Origin: Xanthobacteraceae bacterium
GTDB lineage: Bacteria > Pseudomonadota > Alphaproteobacteria > Rhizobiales > Xanthobacteraceae
Reading direction: 5' to 3'
Assembly: GCA_035716025.1 (NCBI GenBank)
Contig: DASTKH010000041.1
Location: forward strand, 177,426 to 241,425
DNA: 64,000 bases
Both the position numbers and the translations under genes were made by a program. The notes under the pieces were generated by a model. That model worked only from the letters and a program-made list of their open reading frames with translations. It did not search any database and was not told the DNA's origin. Numbering within the stretch: position 1 is the stretch's first letter; each line of letters opens with the position of its first letter. Shown piece after piece: positions 1-10,017 of the stretch.

Positions 1-381
1 CGGTTCGCCGTGGTGATGCGTGCGGCGACCCAACAGGTGCGCGGGCTCGACTATGTGGCGGCTGCGGAAGCGAGCGGGGCTTTGACGGCCCGCATCATTG
101 TCGGCGAAGTCCTTCCCAACGTCTTGCCGCACCTCATCGTCGTGGCGAGCGTGGAGGCTGCGAGCGCCATCCTGCTCGAGGCCGCTCTCTCCTTTCTCGG
201 TCTCGGCGTGCAACCGCCGCTCCCCTCCTGGGGGCTCATGATCGCCGAAGCCAAGACCTACATGTTCTTCTCATTCTGGCTGATCGCGCTGCCGGGAAGC
301 GCGCTCGCGCTGCTCGTCCTCTCCGTCAACATGCTGGGCGACGGCGTCCGCGACGTCACGGCGCCGGGCGGCAGGAGCTAG
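1..381 (+). CDS. ABC transporter permease, DppC/OppC type, C-terminal part (5' end lies outside the window)
   Basis: Open in frame from base 1 (ORF track 10..381). The translation ...LPNVLPHLIVVASVEAASAILLEAALSFLGLGVQPP...SVNMLGDGVRD is the typical C-terminal TM region of peptide/nickel ABC permeases. Two Dpp/Opp ATPase genes follow. Confidence 0.85.
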   Translation, partial: RFAVVMRAATQQVRGLDYVAAAEASGALTARIIVGEVLPNVLPHLIVVASVEAASAILLEAALSFLGLGVQPPLPSWGLMIAEAKTYMFFSFWLIALPGSALALLVLSVNMLGDGVRDVTAPGGRS

Positions 382-504
382 CATGATGTTCGGAGCACTT
401 TCCGCGCTATCCGCTCTCTCCGCGCATTTCCGCGCTGTGGGCGATCCGGAATCCAGTGGCGCCGCGGCGCCAAGCCTCCGCTTTCGCAGCGAGGAACGGA
501 AGGG

Positions 505-1521
505 GTGCCGGGCTTGATGAACGGCAGCGACCGCACGGGAGCGCCGCTCCTCCGTGTCGAGGACCTTGCGGTCGATATCGCAACCGCGCGCGGAACGTTG
601 CGCGCCGTGCGCGGCGTGTCCTTCGACATTTGCGCCGGCGAGACGCTGTGCCTTGTCGGGGAGTCCGGTTGCGGCAAGTCGATGACCGCGCTTGCGATCA
701 TGGGCCTTCTGCCGGATGCGGCGAGCCGCCGGGCACGGGCGCTGGCCTTCGAGGGCGCAGATTTGCTCACCGTGCCCCCGCGGCGGCTTGCGGCCCTGCG
801 CGGCAACCGCATGGCGATGATCTTCCAGGAGCCGATGACCGCCCTCAATCCCGCCTATACGATCGGCAACCAGCTCATCGAGGTGCACCGCCGCCACAAG
901 GGGTCGCGCGCGGCGCAGGCGCGCGCCCGCGCGGTGGAGCTGCTGGAGAAGGTCGGCATCACCGCGGCCGCGGATCGGCTCGGCCAGTATCCGCACCAGT
1001 TGTCGGGGGGCTTGCGCCAGCGGGTGATGATCGCGATGGCGCTGATGTGCGGGCCCGCGCTGCTGATTGCCGACGAGCCGACGACCGCCCTCGATGTCAC
1101 CATCCAGGCGCAGATTTTGCGGCTGCTCGTCGATCTGCAGCGCGATCTCGGCATCGCGGTCCTGCTCATCACCCACGATCTCGGCGTCGTCGCCCGCGTC
1201 GCCCACCGCGTCGCCGTCATGTATGCGGGCGAAATCGTCGAGAGCGCGCCGGCCGCCGATCTGTTCCGCGCGCCGCGCCATCCCTATACGCGCGGCCTTC
1301 TCGCCTCGATTCCCGTTCCCGGACGCACGCCGCCCGGCGGGCGCCTCGGCGCCATTCCGGGCATCGTGCCGTCCCTCATCGGGGAGGTGCGCGGCTGCGC
1401 CTTCCGCGAGCGCTGCGCCTACGCGGGTTCGGCCTGTGCCGAAGCCGTCCCCTGGAGGGCCTGCGAGTGGCACGGCTGGCGCTGCGTGTTCGAGCAATTG
1501 CCCGAACGGGAGGCCGCATGA
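505..1521 (+). CDS. Oligopeptide/dipeptide ABC transporter ATP-binding protein (DppD/OppD-like)
   Basis: Walker A GESGCGKS, signature LSGGLRQR, Walker B LLIADEPTTALD, and a C-terminal oligopeptide-ABC extension with Cys residues. Start is GTG 505 or ATG 517. The stop overlaps the next start (ATGA at 1518-1521). Confidence 0.9.
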   Translation: MPGLMNGSDRTGAPLLRVEDLAVDIATARGTLRAVRGVSFDICAGETLCLVGESGCGKSMTALAIMGLLPDAASRRARALAFEGADLLTVPPRRLAALRGNRMAMIFQEPMTALNPAYTIGNQLIEVHRRHKGSRAAQARARAVELLEKVGITAAADRLGQYPHQLSGGLRQRVMIAMALMCGPALLIADEPTTALDVTIQAQILRLLVDLQRDLGIAVLLITHDLGVVARVAHRVAVMYAGEIVESAPAADLFRAPRHPYTRGLLASIPVPGRTPPGGRLGAIPGIVPSLIGEVRGCAFRERCAYAGSACAEAVPWRACEWHGWRCVFEQLPEREAA

Positions 1522-2492
1522 CCGTGCTGCTCGAAGCGCGCGGGGTCTCGCGCACCTTTCTGGTCGGGCGCGGCGCCTTCGCGCGCAAGCGGCTGCTCCA
1601 GGCCGTGGTTGACGTCGATCTCGATGTCGTCAAAGGCGAAATCCTGGGCCTCGTGGGGGAGTCGGGCTCGGGCAAGTCGACGCTCGCCAAAATGCTGCTC
1701 GGCTTGCTTGCGCCCACGCATGGGACAATTCGCCTTGGTGGCGTGCCGGTGAGCGCGCTCGACCGGCGTGCGCTCGCGCGCCGCATCCAGCCGGTGTTTC
1801 AGGACCCCTACTCCTCGCTCAATCCCCGCAAGACGGTCGCCGCAATCGTGGCGCTGCCGCTTGCGGTGCAGGGCATCGGCAGGGCCGAGGAGCGGCGCGC
1901 CCGCGCGATCGACATGCTGGCGCGCGTCGGCCTGTCGCGCCGTCACGCGGACGTCTATCCGAGCGAATTGTCCGGCGGCCAGCGCCAGCGGGTCGCGATT
2001 GCGCGCGCGCTCGTGGTCGAGCCGGAAATCGTGCTGCTCGACGAGCCGACCTCCGCGCTCGACGTGTCGGTGCAGTCGCAGATTCTCAATTTGCTGCTCG
2101 ATCTGCGCCGGGACCTCGGGCTCACTTACGTTTTCATCAGCCACAATCTCGCGGTGGTCGAGCACATGGCGAGCCGCGTTGCCGTGATGTATCTCGGCCG
2201 CATCGTCGAAATGGCGGAACGCGAGGCGTTGTTCCGCAGTCCGCGACATCCCTATACCCGCGCGCTGCTCGAATCGGTGTTGACGCCAGAGCCCGGACAC
2301 GGCGTGCCGGACACCGGGCTCGGGCTTGCGATTCCCAATCCGCTCGCGCCGCCCTCCGGCTGTGTTTTTCATCCGCGCTGCCCGCAGGCGGGGCCGCGCT
2401 GCGCCGAAGAGACGCCGCGCACGCTGCGCGAGCCTGCGGGCGTTGTCGCCTGCCACCTTTACGACGGCGGAGCCGCCACGCGCGCTGCCTGA
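1518..2492 (+). CDS. Oligopeptide/dipeptide ABC transporter ATP-binding protein (DppF/OppF-like)
   Basis: MTVLLEARGVSRTF..., Walker A GESGSGKST, signature LSGGQRQR, Walker B VLLDEPTSALD. The track ORF 456..2492 is an in-frame upstream read-through. The ATG at 1518 is coupled to the preceding stop. Confidence 0.9.
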   Translation: MTVLLEARGVSRTFLVGRGAFARKRLLQAVVDVDLDVVKGEILGLVGESGSGKSTLAKMLLGLLAPTHGTIRLGGVPVSALDRRALARRIQPVFQDPYSSLNPRKTVAAIVALPLAVQGIGRAEERRARAIDMLARVGLSRRHADVYPSELSGGQRQRVAIARALVVEPEIVLLDEPTSALDVSVQSQILNLLLDLRRDLGLTYVFISHNLAVVEHMASRVAVMYLGRIVEMAEREALFRSPRHPYTRALLESVLTPEPGHGVPDTGLGLAIPNPLAPPSGCVFHPRCPQAGPRCAEETPRTLREPAGVVACHLYDGGAATRAA

Positions 2493-2530
2493 CACCCCTT
2501 CCGCACGACGAGAAAGCCCCAGAGGAAATC

Positions 2531-3922
2531 ATGAGCCGGGAAGCCGCGATCGCCGAAGCCGAACTTTATTTCGAGTCCGGCGGCTTCAAGGCCGATCTTG
2601 CGCGCCGCGTCGCCTTCGCGACCGAGAGCCAGAATCCCGAGCGCGCGGGCGAGCTCGCCCGCTACATCGAAGAAGAGATGAAGCCGGCCTTCGAGGCGCT
2701 GGGTTTTTCCTGCCGTGTGCTGACCCATCCGAAGGCGCGGGGACCCTTCCTCTTTGCGGAACGGAAGGAAGGCGAGGGCCTCCTGACGGTGCTGGGCTAC
2801 GGTCACGGCGACGTGATCCGCGGGCTCGATGCGCAATGGAACGAGGGGCTTTCGCCTTGGGCGATCACAGAGCAGGACGGCCGTTGGTACGGCCGCGGCA
2901 CGGCCGACAACAAGGGCCAGCATACGATCAATCTCGCAGCGCAGGCGGCGGTGATCCGCACCCGGGGCCGGCTCGGGTTCAACGCCAAATGGCTCGTCGA
3001 AATGGGCGAGGAAGTCGGTTCTCCGGGGCTGCGCGAAGTGTGTGCCGAGAACAAGGCACTGCTTGCGGCCGATGTGCTGATCGGGTCCGACGGCCCGCGG
3101 CTTGCGGCCGATCGGCCCACGATTTCGCTCGGCACGCGCGGGTCGATGAACATCGATCTCGAAATCCGCGCCCGGGCCGGCGGACATCACTCGGGCAATT
3201 GGGGTGGGCTTTTGTCGAGCCCGGCGATCCAGCTCGTCCATGCCCTTGCCTCGCTCACCGGCCCGACCGGGCAGATCCGGATTCCCGAATGGGTGCCGCC
3301 GCCCCTTCCGCCGTCGGTCAAGCGCGCGCTGGCCGATTGCGAGATCGCGCCCGGGCCGGACGATCCCGCCATTGATCCGAACTGGGGCGAGCCGGGCCTC
3401 ACCGCTCCGGAAAAGGTGTTCGGCTGGTCGAGTTTCGAAATTCTCGCCATGACGGCCGGCAATCCGGAGACGCCCGTCAACGCCGTGCCGCCGCGCGCCT
3501 GGGCGCGGGTGCAGCTCCGCTATACCGTCGGCGTCGAAAAGGAGCGGATCATTCCCGCCCTGCGCGCCCATCTCGACCGACACGGCTTTCCGATGGTGCG
3601 GATCAGCATGGCGCGGGACGAGGCCTATGCGGCGACCCGGCTCGACCCCGAACATCCCTGGGCGCAATGGGTAGCTGCTTCGCTGCGTCGCAGCACCAAC
3701 AGCCCGGTCACAATTCTCCCGAATGTCGGGGGCTCGCTGCCGAACGACATTTTTGCCGACGGGCTCGGCCTGCCGACCATCTGGATTCCGCATTCCTATC
3801 CGGGCTGCTCGCAACACGCGCCGAACGAGCACATCCTTCCCGGGCTCGCCCGTGAGGCCTTGAGACTGATGGCCGGGCTCTACTGGGACCTCGGGGAGAG
3901 CGGCGTCCCGGCGCCGCATTGA
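2531..3922 (+). CDS. M20-family metallopeptidase/dipeptidase (ArgE/DapE/ACY1/CPG2 family)
   Basis: 463 aa. Motifs YGHGDV and GRGTADNKGQ are typical of M20 dimetal peptidases. It lies directly downstream of the peptide ABC genes. Confidence 0.85.
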   Translation: MSREAAIAEAELYFESGGFKADLARRVAFATESQNPERAGELARYIEEEMKPAFEALGFSCRVLTHPKARGPFLFAERKEGEGLLTVLGYGHGDVIRGLDAQWNEGLSPWAITEQDGRWYGRGTADNKGQHTINLAAQAAVIRTRGRLGFNAKWLVEMGEEVGSPGLREVCAENKALLAADVLIGSDGPRLAADRPTISLGTRGSMNIDLEIRARAGGHHSGNWGGLLSSPAIQLVHALASLTGPTGQIRIPEWVPPPLPPSVKRALADCEIAPGPDDPAIDPNWGEPGLTAPEKVFGWSSFEILAMTAGNPETPVNAVPPRAWARVQLRYTVGVEKERIIPALRAHLDRHGFPMVRISMARDEAYAATRLDPEHPWAQWVAASLRRSTNSPVTILPNVGGSLPNDIFADGLGLPTIWIPHSYPGCSQHAPNEHILPGLAREALRLMAGLYWDLGESGVPAPH

Positions 3923-4023
3923 CGGACGGTCTGCGGCCGAGTCTATGGTGGCGGCCAGCGTTGCCGCAGGGCCGCGGCGGGTTTCTGCACGGCGCGGTCG
4001 GATGTCGGGGGCGGGGGGTCGGC

Positions 4024-4524
4024 ATGCAAACACGGAGGCTGGCTGCGGGCGGATTCGCACTTGCCGTGGTTTTCGCCGCAGGCGCCAAGGCGCAGGCACC
4101 CTCGCTCGAAGACCTCGCGCGGCTGCACGGCGGCGCGGCGGCCGGAAAGGTCGCGCCGGCGCCGGCGCCCGGGTCGCAGGCATCGCCGGGCCTGTTCTTC
4201 GGCGCCATCGCCTTCACTGCCGACGGCTCCTATTCGACCGCCTGGAAACACCGAAGCAAGGCAGAGGCCGAGGCCGATGTGGCGAAGCGCTGCGCCGCCT
4301 TCGGGCGCGGGGAATGCAAGGTCATCGGCTTTCCCGGCGCGCTTTGCGCGGGGCTTGCCGCCTATCGCGGCACGCATTCGGGCCGGCGCTATCGGCTCGC
4401 CTTCACCGGGGGCGGAACGACCGCCGCGGAAGCGCAACAGGCGGCGCTCGGTCGCTGCAACGCCGACCCGCGCACCCGCCGCCGGTGCGAACTCCGCACC
4501 GTGGTCTGCGGGGACGGGCGTTAA
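4024..4524 (+). CDS. Secreted hypothetical protein, DUF4189-like
   Basis: MQTRRLAAGGFALAVVFAAGAKAQA signal peptide. The repeated pattern GAIAF...G.Y...W......EA...A...C.....C is the pattern I associate with DUF4189. The start is chosen at the Met preceding the signal peptide (track ORF starts at 3919). Confidence 0.6.
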   Translation: MQTRRLAAGGFALAVVFAAGAKAQAPSLEDLARLHGGAAAGKVAPAPAPGSQASPGLFFGAIAFTADGSYSTAWKHRSKAEAEADVAKRCAAFGRGECKVIGFPGALCAGLAAYRGTHSGRRYRLAFTGGGTTAAEAQQAALGRCNADPRTRRRCELRTVVCGDGR

Positions 4525-4550
4525 ACGAGCCGCCGCGGTCGGGCGAGGCC

Positions 4551-4997
4551 TCAGCGCCGCTCGGAAAAGAACGCGCGCAGAAGCGCGGCGGCCTCCGCCT
4601 CGCCGATCCCGGCATAGACGTCGGGCCGATGGTGGCAGGTCGGCGCCGAAAAGAACCGTACGCCGTTCTCCACCGCGCCGCCCTTGGGATCAGCAGCCCC
4701 GTAGTACAGGCGGCGGATGCGGGCAAAGGAGATGGCCGCGGCGCACATCGTGCAAGGTTCGAGCGTCACATAGAGATCGCAGGCCGTCAGGCGCTCGGAG
4801 CCGCACGCGCGCGCAGCCGCCCGGATGGCAAGGAGTTCCGCGTGGGCCGTGGGATCGTGCTTGGCCAAGGTGCGGTTGCCGGCGCGGGCGATCACCGTGC
4901 CGTTTTCCACGATCACGCAGCCGACCGGAACCTCCCCGCGTTCGGCCGCAGCGCGCGCTTCAGCAAGCGCCATATCCATGAAGCCCGAGGCGGCCAT
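4551..4997 (-). CDS. tadA: tRNA adenosine(34) deaminase
   Basis: 148 aa with the CDA zinc motifs HAE (TAHAELLAI) and PCTMC. The longer track ORF (4551..5582) is an upstream extension that overlaps the divergent rluB-like gene. Confidence 0.9.
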   Translation of the reverse strand: MAASGFMDMALAEARAAAERGEVPVGCVIVENGTVIARAGNRTLAKHDPTAHAELLAIRAAARACGSERLTACDLYVTLEPCTMCAAAISFARIRRLYYGAADPKGGAVENGVRFFSAPTCHHRPDVYAGIGEAEAAALLRAFFSERR

Positions 4998-5132
4998 GAT
5001 GACCCTCTGCCTCCCGCGCGGGCGAATGCCGCGGCCGGGAAATCCATCCTCGGCACGCTCGCGCTTGCGATTGACAGCGATTATGGATTGGCAGGGGCAA
5101 GCCGAAGCGGCAAGCACATCCCGAGAGTCAAC

Positions 5133-6068
5133 ATGACGGAAGCGGGCGAATCCAACTCTTCCGGCGAGCGCATCGCGAAGGCGATCGCGCGCGCAGGGCT
5201 TTGCTCGCGACGGCAGGCGGAAACCTGGATTGCGGAAGGGCGCGTCAGCGTCAACGGGAAACCCGTCGTTTCGCCGGCCCTCAAAGTGACGGCGGGCGAC
5301 CGCATCAGCGTTGACGGCAAGCCGCTGCCCATGCGCGAGCGAACGCGCCTGTTTCTCTATCACAAGCCGCGGGGTCTGATGACGACCCATGCCGACCCGC
5401 AGGGGCGGCCGACCGTCTTCGAGAAGCTTCCGCCGGGTCTGCCGCGGCTCGTCAGTGTCGGCCGGCTCGATTTCAACAGCGAGGGGCTGCTGCTTCTCAC
5501 CAATGACGGGGGGCTTGCGCGCATTCTTGAACTGCCGTCGACGGGCTGGCGGCGGCGTTACCGCGTGCGCGCGCACGGGCACGTGACCCAGGACGCGCTC
5601 GATGCGCTCGGCCGCGGCATCACGGTCGAGGGTGTACGCTATGGGCCGATCGAGGCGACGCTCGATCGCGTCCAGGGCGACAATGTGTGGCTCACCTGCA
5701 CGCTACGGGAAGGCAAGAACCGCGAGGTGCGCAACGTGCTCTCGGCGCTGGGCCTCGACGTGAACCGCCTGATTCGTGTCTCCTACGGGCCGTTCCAGCT
5801 CGGCGATATCCCGCGGGGCGGGCTCGAAGAGGTGAAAAGCCGGGTGCTGCGCGAGCAGCTCGGGGAACGGCTCGCGCACCTTTCCGGCGTCGATTTCGCC
5901 TCGCCCATCCTCCCGCACGAGCCGGGCCCCGCCTGCGGGCCGCACGGAAAGCCGTCGCCGGGCGGGCCGAAAGCAAAGTCCCGGGTCGGCTCGGAGGACC
6001 GTTCGGCTCGAACGAGGCCGACGGGCGGGGGACGTCCCGCCGCGGGGCGGCGCGGGAAGGCGCGCTGA
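5133..6068 (+). CDS. rluB: Pseudouridine synthase, RsuA/RluB family, with S4 domain and basic C-terminal tail
   Basis: MTEAGE...GERIAKAIARAGLCSRRQAETWIAEGRVSVNGK (S4 domain), catalytic motif VGRLDFNSEGLLLLTNDG, and an Arg/Gly/Pro-rich tail. Only the last 311 codons of track ORF 3945..6068 look like protein. Confidence 0.85.
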   Translation: MTEAGESNSSGERIAKAIARAGLCSRRQAETWIAEGRVSVNGKPVVSPALKVTAGDRISVDGKPLPMRERTRLFLYHKPRGLMTTHADPQGRPTVFEKLPPGLPRLVSVGRLDFNSEGLLLLTNDGGLARILELPSTGWRRRYRVRAHGHVTQDALDALGRGITVEGVRYGPIEATLDRVQGDNVWLTCTLREGKNREVRNVLSALGLDVNRLIRVSYGPFQLGDIPRGGLEEVKSRVLREQLGERLAHLSGVDFASPILPHEPGPACGPHGKPSPGGPKAKSRVGSEDRSARTRPTGGGRPAAGRRGKAR

Positions 6069-6619
6069 TGCGCATCGTCGGCGGAGCGCTGCGTGGCCGC
6101 GTGCTCAAGGGTCCGGGCTCTGGCGCGATCCGGCCGACCGCGGACCGGCTGCGGGAGGCGCTCTTCAACATCCTGGTTCACAGCTACGGCGATCCGGTCG
6201 CGGGCGCGCGCGTGCTCGATCTTTTCGCCGGAACCGGCGCGCTGGGTGTTGAGGCGCTCTCGCGCGGGGCCGCCTTTGTGCTTTTTGTCGACGAGGCGGC
6301 GGAGGCGCGCGCGCTTTTGCGCGCCAATGTCGAGGCGTTGGGGCTCGGCGGGGTCACGCGCATCTTTCGCCGGGACGCGACGAAGCTCGGCGCCGCGCAT
6401 CCGGTTCCGCCGTTTTCGCTCGTCTTTGCCGACCCGCCCTATGGTCGCGGCCTCGCCGAGAAGGCGCTCACAGCGGCGCGCGCGGGCGACTGGCTCACCG
6501 CCGATGCGCTGGCCATCGTTGAGGAGGCCGCGGGCGCTTTTAGAGCTCCCGAAGGCTTCGAGGAAATCGAGCGGCGGCGCTACGACGACAGCGAAATTGT
6601 CTTTCTGAGGCTGAGCTGA
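6068..6619 (+). CDS. rsmD: 16S rRNA (guanine966-N2)-methyltransferase
   Basis: MRIVGGALRGRVLKGP...IRPTADRLREALFNIL, SAM motif LDLFAGTGALGVEALSRGA, and the DPPY motif (FADPPYG). The ATG overlaps the rluB stop (TGATG). Confidence 0.88.
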   Translation: MRIVGGALRGRVLKGPGSGAIRPTADRLREALFNILVHSYGDPVAGARVLDLFAGTGALGVEALSRGAAFVLFVDEAAEARALLRANVEALGLGGVTRIFRRDATKLGAAHPVPPFSLVFADPPYGRGLAEKALTAARAGDWLTADALAIVEEAAGAFRAPEGFEEIERRRYDDSEIVFLRLS

Positions 6620-6760
6620 AGGCGGTCTCCCAGAGGGGATGATTCGATCGGCCCCCAAGCCGTACTGCGCCCGGCAGATGAGGCGGAAAAAATCCCCGCT
6701 CTGCACAGCGCCGGACCGGGGGCGGTTGCGCGCTGCGCCGGAGCGCCGCAGGATCGGTGC

Positions 6761-7483
6761 ATGATTCGGACCCGCAAGGCCGACAAATCCGCAGAGGTCG
6801 CGAAGCCGCGGCTGCCGCTCAAGGAGGCGCCCGCCCGGCCGACCTTTGCGCGCGAGCGGCGCGCGATGGCGCGCGGGCTCGTGCCGGTGGCGGGCTGCGA
6901 TGAGGTTGGGCGAGGACCGCTCGCCGGCCCGGTGGTTGCGGCCGCCGTCATCCTCGACCCCGACCGCGTGCCCCGCGGCCTCGACGATTCGAAGCGCCTC
7001 ACCGCGGAGCAGCGCGAGGCCCTTTACGAGAAGATCTGCGCGACTGCGCATGTCGCGGTTGCCTTCGGCTCGACCGCGCGGGTCGACCGCGACAACATAC
7101 TCCAGGCGTCGCTGTGGGCGCTGGCGCGGGCCGTTGCGGCGCTGCCGGTCGCTCCCAAGCTCGTCTTCGTCGATGGGCGCGACCGCCTCGCAATCCCCTG
7201 CGAATGCGTGCCCGTGATCGGGGGCGACGGGCTCGTGGCCTCGATTGCGGCCGCGTCCATCGTCGCCAAGGTCACGCGCGACAGGCTGATGATGCAGGTC
7301 GGCGCGAGCGTTCCGGGTTACGGCTTCGAGCGTCACATGGGCTACAGCGTGCCGGAGCACTTTGCGGCGCTCGACCGCCTCGGGCCTTGCGTCCACCACC
7401 GGCGCTCGTTCGCCCCCGTGGCGGCCCTCTACGGAGATTGCGTGGCGCAAGAAGGCAGCGACAACGCGCCGGCCCTGCTTTGA
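6761..7483 (+). CDS. rnhB: Ribonuclease HII
   Basis: Motifs [38 protein letters not shown] and GY....H. Confidence 0.9.
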   Translation: MIRTRKADKSAEVAKPRLPLKEAPARPTFARERRAMARGLVPVAGCDEVGRGPLAGPVVAAAVILDPDRVPRGLDDSKRLTAEQREALYEKICATAHVAVAFGSTARVDRDNILQASLWALARAVAALPVAPKLVFVDGRDRLAIPCECVPVIGGDGLVASIAAASIVAKVTRDRLMMQVGASVPGYGFERHMGYSVPEHFAALDRLGPCVHHRRSFAPVAALYGDCVAQEGSDNAPALL

Positions 7484-7507
7484 CGGGGCCCGCCCGGATC
7501 GGCGCGA

Positions 7508-8506
7508 TCAGTGATAGGACTCGCCTTCGCGGACCCGGCCGCGGAACACCCAGTAAGACCAGGCGGTGTAGCCGAGAATGAGCGGCAGCAGCACCACGGT
7601 TCCTGCCAGCATGAAGGCTTGGCTGGAGGGAACGGCCGCCGTGTCCCAGATCGTCAGCGAAGGCGGCACGAGATATGGAAATCGCGAGATGATCAGCCCG
7701 AGATAGCCGAGCAGGAACAGCACGATGGTGGCGAAAAAGGGCCGTCCGTCCTGCGCGGTTTCGATCCAGCGCCAAGCCGCGAAGGCGGTAAGAAGCGTCA
7801 CGACCGGCACGGGCCACAGCCAGAAAATGTTCGGCACGGCGAACCAGCGGGCGGCGATCTCATCGAAAGCGAGCGGCGTATAGAGGCTCACCCCGCCCAT
7901 TGACGCGAGCACCGCGGCGAGTGCGACCAGGGCGGCGCGGCGCGCGTGACCGACGATCGGCCCTTCTGTTCGCCAGATCAGCCAGGTCGCGCCGAGCAAG
8001 GCATAGCCGGCGGTCAGCCCAACCCCGCAGAGAAGCGAAAGCGGGCTCGCCCAGTCGAACGGGCCGCCGGCATAGGCATTGTTTTCCACCCGGATCCCCT
8101 GGATGAGCCCGCCGAGGATTGCGCCCTGCGAAAGGGTCGCGACAAGCGATCCGGCGGCAAAGGCGAGGTTCCACCATCGCTTGTCGCGCGCGAGCGTGCG
8201 GAATTCGAAGGCGACGCCGCGGAAGATGAGGCCGAGCAGCATGAAGATCACCGGCAGATACAGTGCCGGCATGATGACCGCGTAGGCGAGCGGAAAGGCG
8301 ACGAGAAGTCCCACGCCGCCCATCACCAGCCAAGTCTCGTTGCCGTCCCAGAAGGGCGCGACCGAGCGCATCATCTGGTCGCGCTGGCTCTCGTCGTCGA
8401 CGAAGGGAAACAAGAGCGCAACGCCGAGATCGAAGCCGTCGAGGATGACATAAAGCATCACCGCGGTGCCGATGATGACGGCCCAGATGAGCGGCAGAAA
8501 CTCCAT
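7508..8506 (-). CDS. cydB: Cytochrome bd-type ubiquinol oxidase subunit II
   Basis: 332 aa polytopic membrane protein, MEFLPLIWAVIIGTAVMLYVILDGFDLGV...WDGNETWLV, immediately downstream of subunit I. Confidence 0.9.
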   Translation of the reverse strand: MEFLPLIWAVIIGTAVMLYVILDGFDLGVALLFPFVDDESQRDQMMRSVAPFWDGNETWLVMGGVGLLVAFPLAYAVIMPALYLPVIFMLLGLIFRGVAFEFRTLARDKRWWNLAFAAGSLVATLSQGAILGGLIQGIRVENNAYAGGPFDWASPLSLLCGVGLTAGYALLGATWLIWRTEGPIVGHARRAALVALAAVLASMGGVSLYTPLAFDEIAARWFAVPNIFWLWPVPVVTLLTAFAAWRWIETAQDGRPFFATIVLFLLGYLGLIISRFPYLVPPSLTIWDTAAVPSSQAFMLAGTVVLLPLILGYTAWSYWVFRGRVREGESYH

Positions 8507-8509
8507 CGC

Positions 8510-9913
8510 TCAACTCCCTGCGATCGCCTCGCGGCCGGCGTCCTTCGCGGCCGCGATCGGCCGGTTGGCCGCTCCTTCGCGCCGCCCGGGCTCTTCTTCC
8601 GCTCCGGCCGCGGGCCCATGGCGGATGAGCCGATTGATGAAATAGATGCCGGCCGAGAAAACGACGCCGTAAACCAGTACGAAAAGCACGAGCGTCGAGG
8701 CGACCGTTGCGCCGGGCACGGGCGAGACCCCCTCCGCCGTGCGGAGCATGCCTTGCACGAGCCAAGGCTGTCGTCCGCTCTCCGTCACCACCCAGCCGGC
8801 GATGATGGCGACAAAGCCCATCCACCAGCCGCGCGCGGCCAGCCGCAGATACCACTCGGATTCGAACAGCCGACCGCGCCACCACAGCCACGCGCCCGCG
8901 AGCGCGATGCCGATCATCGCGAACCCGATCGCGAGCATGATCCGGAAAGCATAGAAGACCAGCGTCACCGGCGGTCGATCTTCGGGCGGAACGTCGTTGA
9001 GGCCCGGAAACAGCCCGTTCGGGTCATGCGTCAGGACGAGCGAGCTGCCGCGGGGAATGGAGAGCGCAAAGCGGTTGAGCCCGGCTTTTTCGTCCGGCCA
9101 GGCGATGATGTGGAAGTCGCCGGGCTTGGAACTGTCCCAATGCGCTTCCATGGCGGCGACCTTGATCGGCTGATGCACAGCCGTGTTGAGTCCGTGCAGA
9201 TCGCCGATCAGGAGCTGGAGCGGTGCTAGGATCGCAAGCAGGCCGACGGCCATGCGCATCATCGTGCGCGACTCCTCGACGTGCCGCCCCGCCAAGAGAT
9301 AGCGCGCCCCGACGGCCAGAACGCAGAAGCCCGTCGTCAGATAGGCCGCGTTCACCATATGCGCGAGCCGGTAAGGGAGGCTTGGATTGAAAATGGCGGC
9401 GAACCAGTCGACCGGAACCGCGACGCCGTCGCGCATTTCGTGTCCGGCGGGCGTCTGCATCCAGCTGTTTGCAGCAAGAATCCAGAAGGCCGAAAGCGCC
9501 GTACCGATCGCCACGAACACCGCCGAGGTGACGTGCAGCCAGCGCGGCACGTGCTTTTCGCCGAACAGCAGCACGCCGAGGAACGTGGCTTCGAGGAAGA
9601 AGGCGGTCAGAACCTCATAGCCGGCGAGCGGCCCGACAATGTTCCCGGCGACATGGGAGAAGCGGCTCCAGTTGGTGCCGAACTGATAGGAGAGCACGAT
9701 CCCGGAGACCACGCCCATCGCGAAAGACACGGCGAAGATTCGCGTCCAGAACCGCGAGACGCGAAAGAAGCGATCGTGTCCCGTCGTGACCCAGAGAATT
9801 TCCAGTGTCGCGATGTAGGCGGAGAGCCCGATCGTGAAGCCCGGAAAGATGATGTGGAACGCGACCGTGAACGCGAACTGCAGCCGCGCCAGGAATACCG
9901 GATCGAGGTCCAT
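8510..9913 (-). CDS. cydA: Cytochrome bd-type ubiquinol oxidase subunit I (short Q-loop, CIO-like)
   Basis: 467 aa, MDLDPVFLARLQFAFTVAFHIIFP... with the GWVVTESGRQPW motif. The length is consistent with the short-Q-loop, cyanide-insensitive subclass. Confidence 0.9.
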   Translation of the reverse strand: MDLDPVFLARLQFAFTVAFHIIFPGFTIGLSAYIATLEILWVTTGHDRFFRVSRFWTRIFAVSFAMGVVSGIVLSYQFGTNWSRFSHVAGNIVGPLAGYEVLTAFFLEATFLGVLLFGEKHVPRWLHVTSAVFVAIGTALSAFWILAANSWMQTPAGHEMRDGVAVPVDWFAAIFNPSLPYRLAHMVNAAYLTTGFCVLAVGARYLLAGRHVEESRTMMRMAVGLLAILAPLQLLIGDLHGLNTAVHQPIKVAAMEAHWDSSKPGDFHIIAWPDEKAGLNRFALSIPRGSSLVLTHDPNGLFPGLNDVPPEDRPPVTLVFYAFRIMLAIGFAMIGIALAGAWLWWRGRLFESEWYLRLAARGWWMGFVAIIAGWVVTESGRQPWLVQGMLRTAEGVSPVPGATVASTLVLFVLVYGVVFSAGIYFINRLIRHGPAAGAEEEPGRREGAANRPIAAAKDAGREAIAGS

Positions 9914-10017
9914 GGTCGAAAGCCTACGCCCGATCGGAAGCGGCGAGAAGTCTCCCTTGCAAATTCGTCAGCAGCGGGGCGAAATCGGACCCTCGGGGCA
10001 CCCTTCGGGTCCATGCG

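Noticed and set aside
456-2492. A 678-aa ORF apparently spanning both Dpp/Opp ATPase genes. The same issue affects 3945..6068, 12661..14811, 17776..19767, 34268..35629, 22260..23423, 23481..25805 and 44383..45624.
   Set aside because: Only the C-terminal part of each has protein-like, family-matching sequence. The upstream parts are low-complexity read-through in frame, overlapping other real genes. Internal starts with an RBS or stop-start coupling were used instead.
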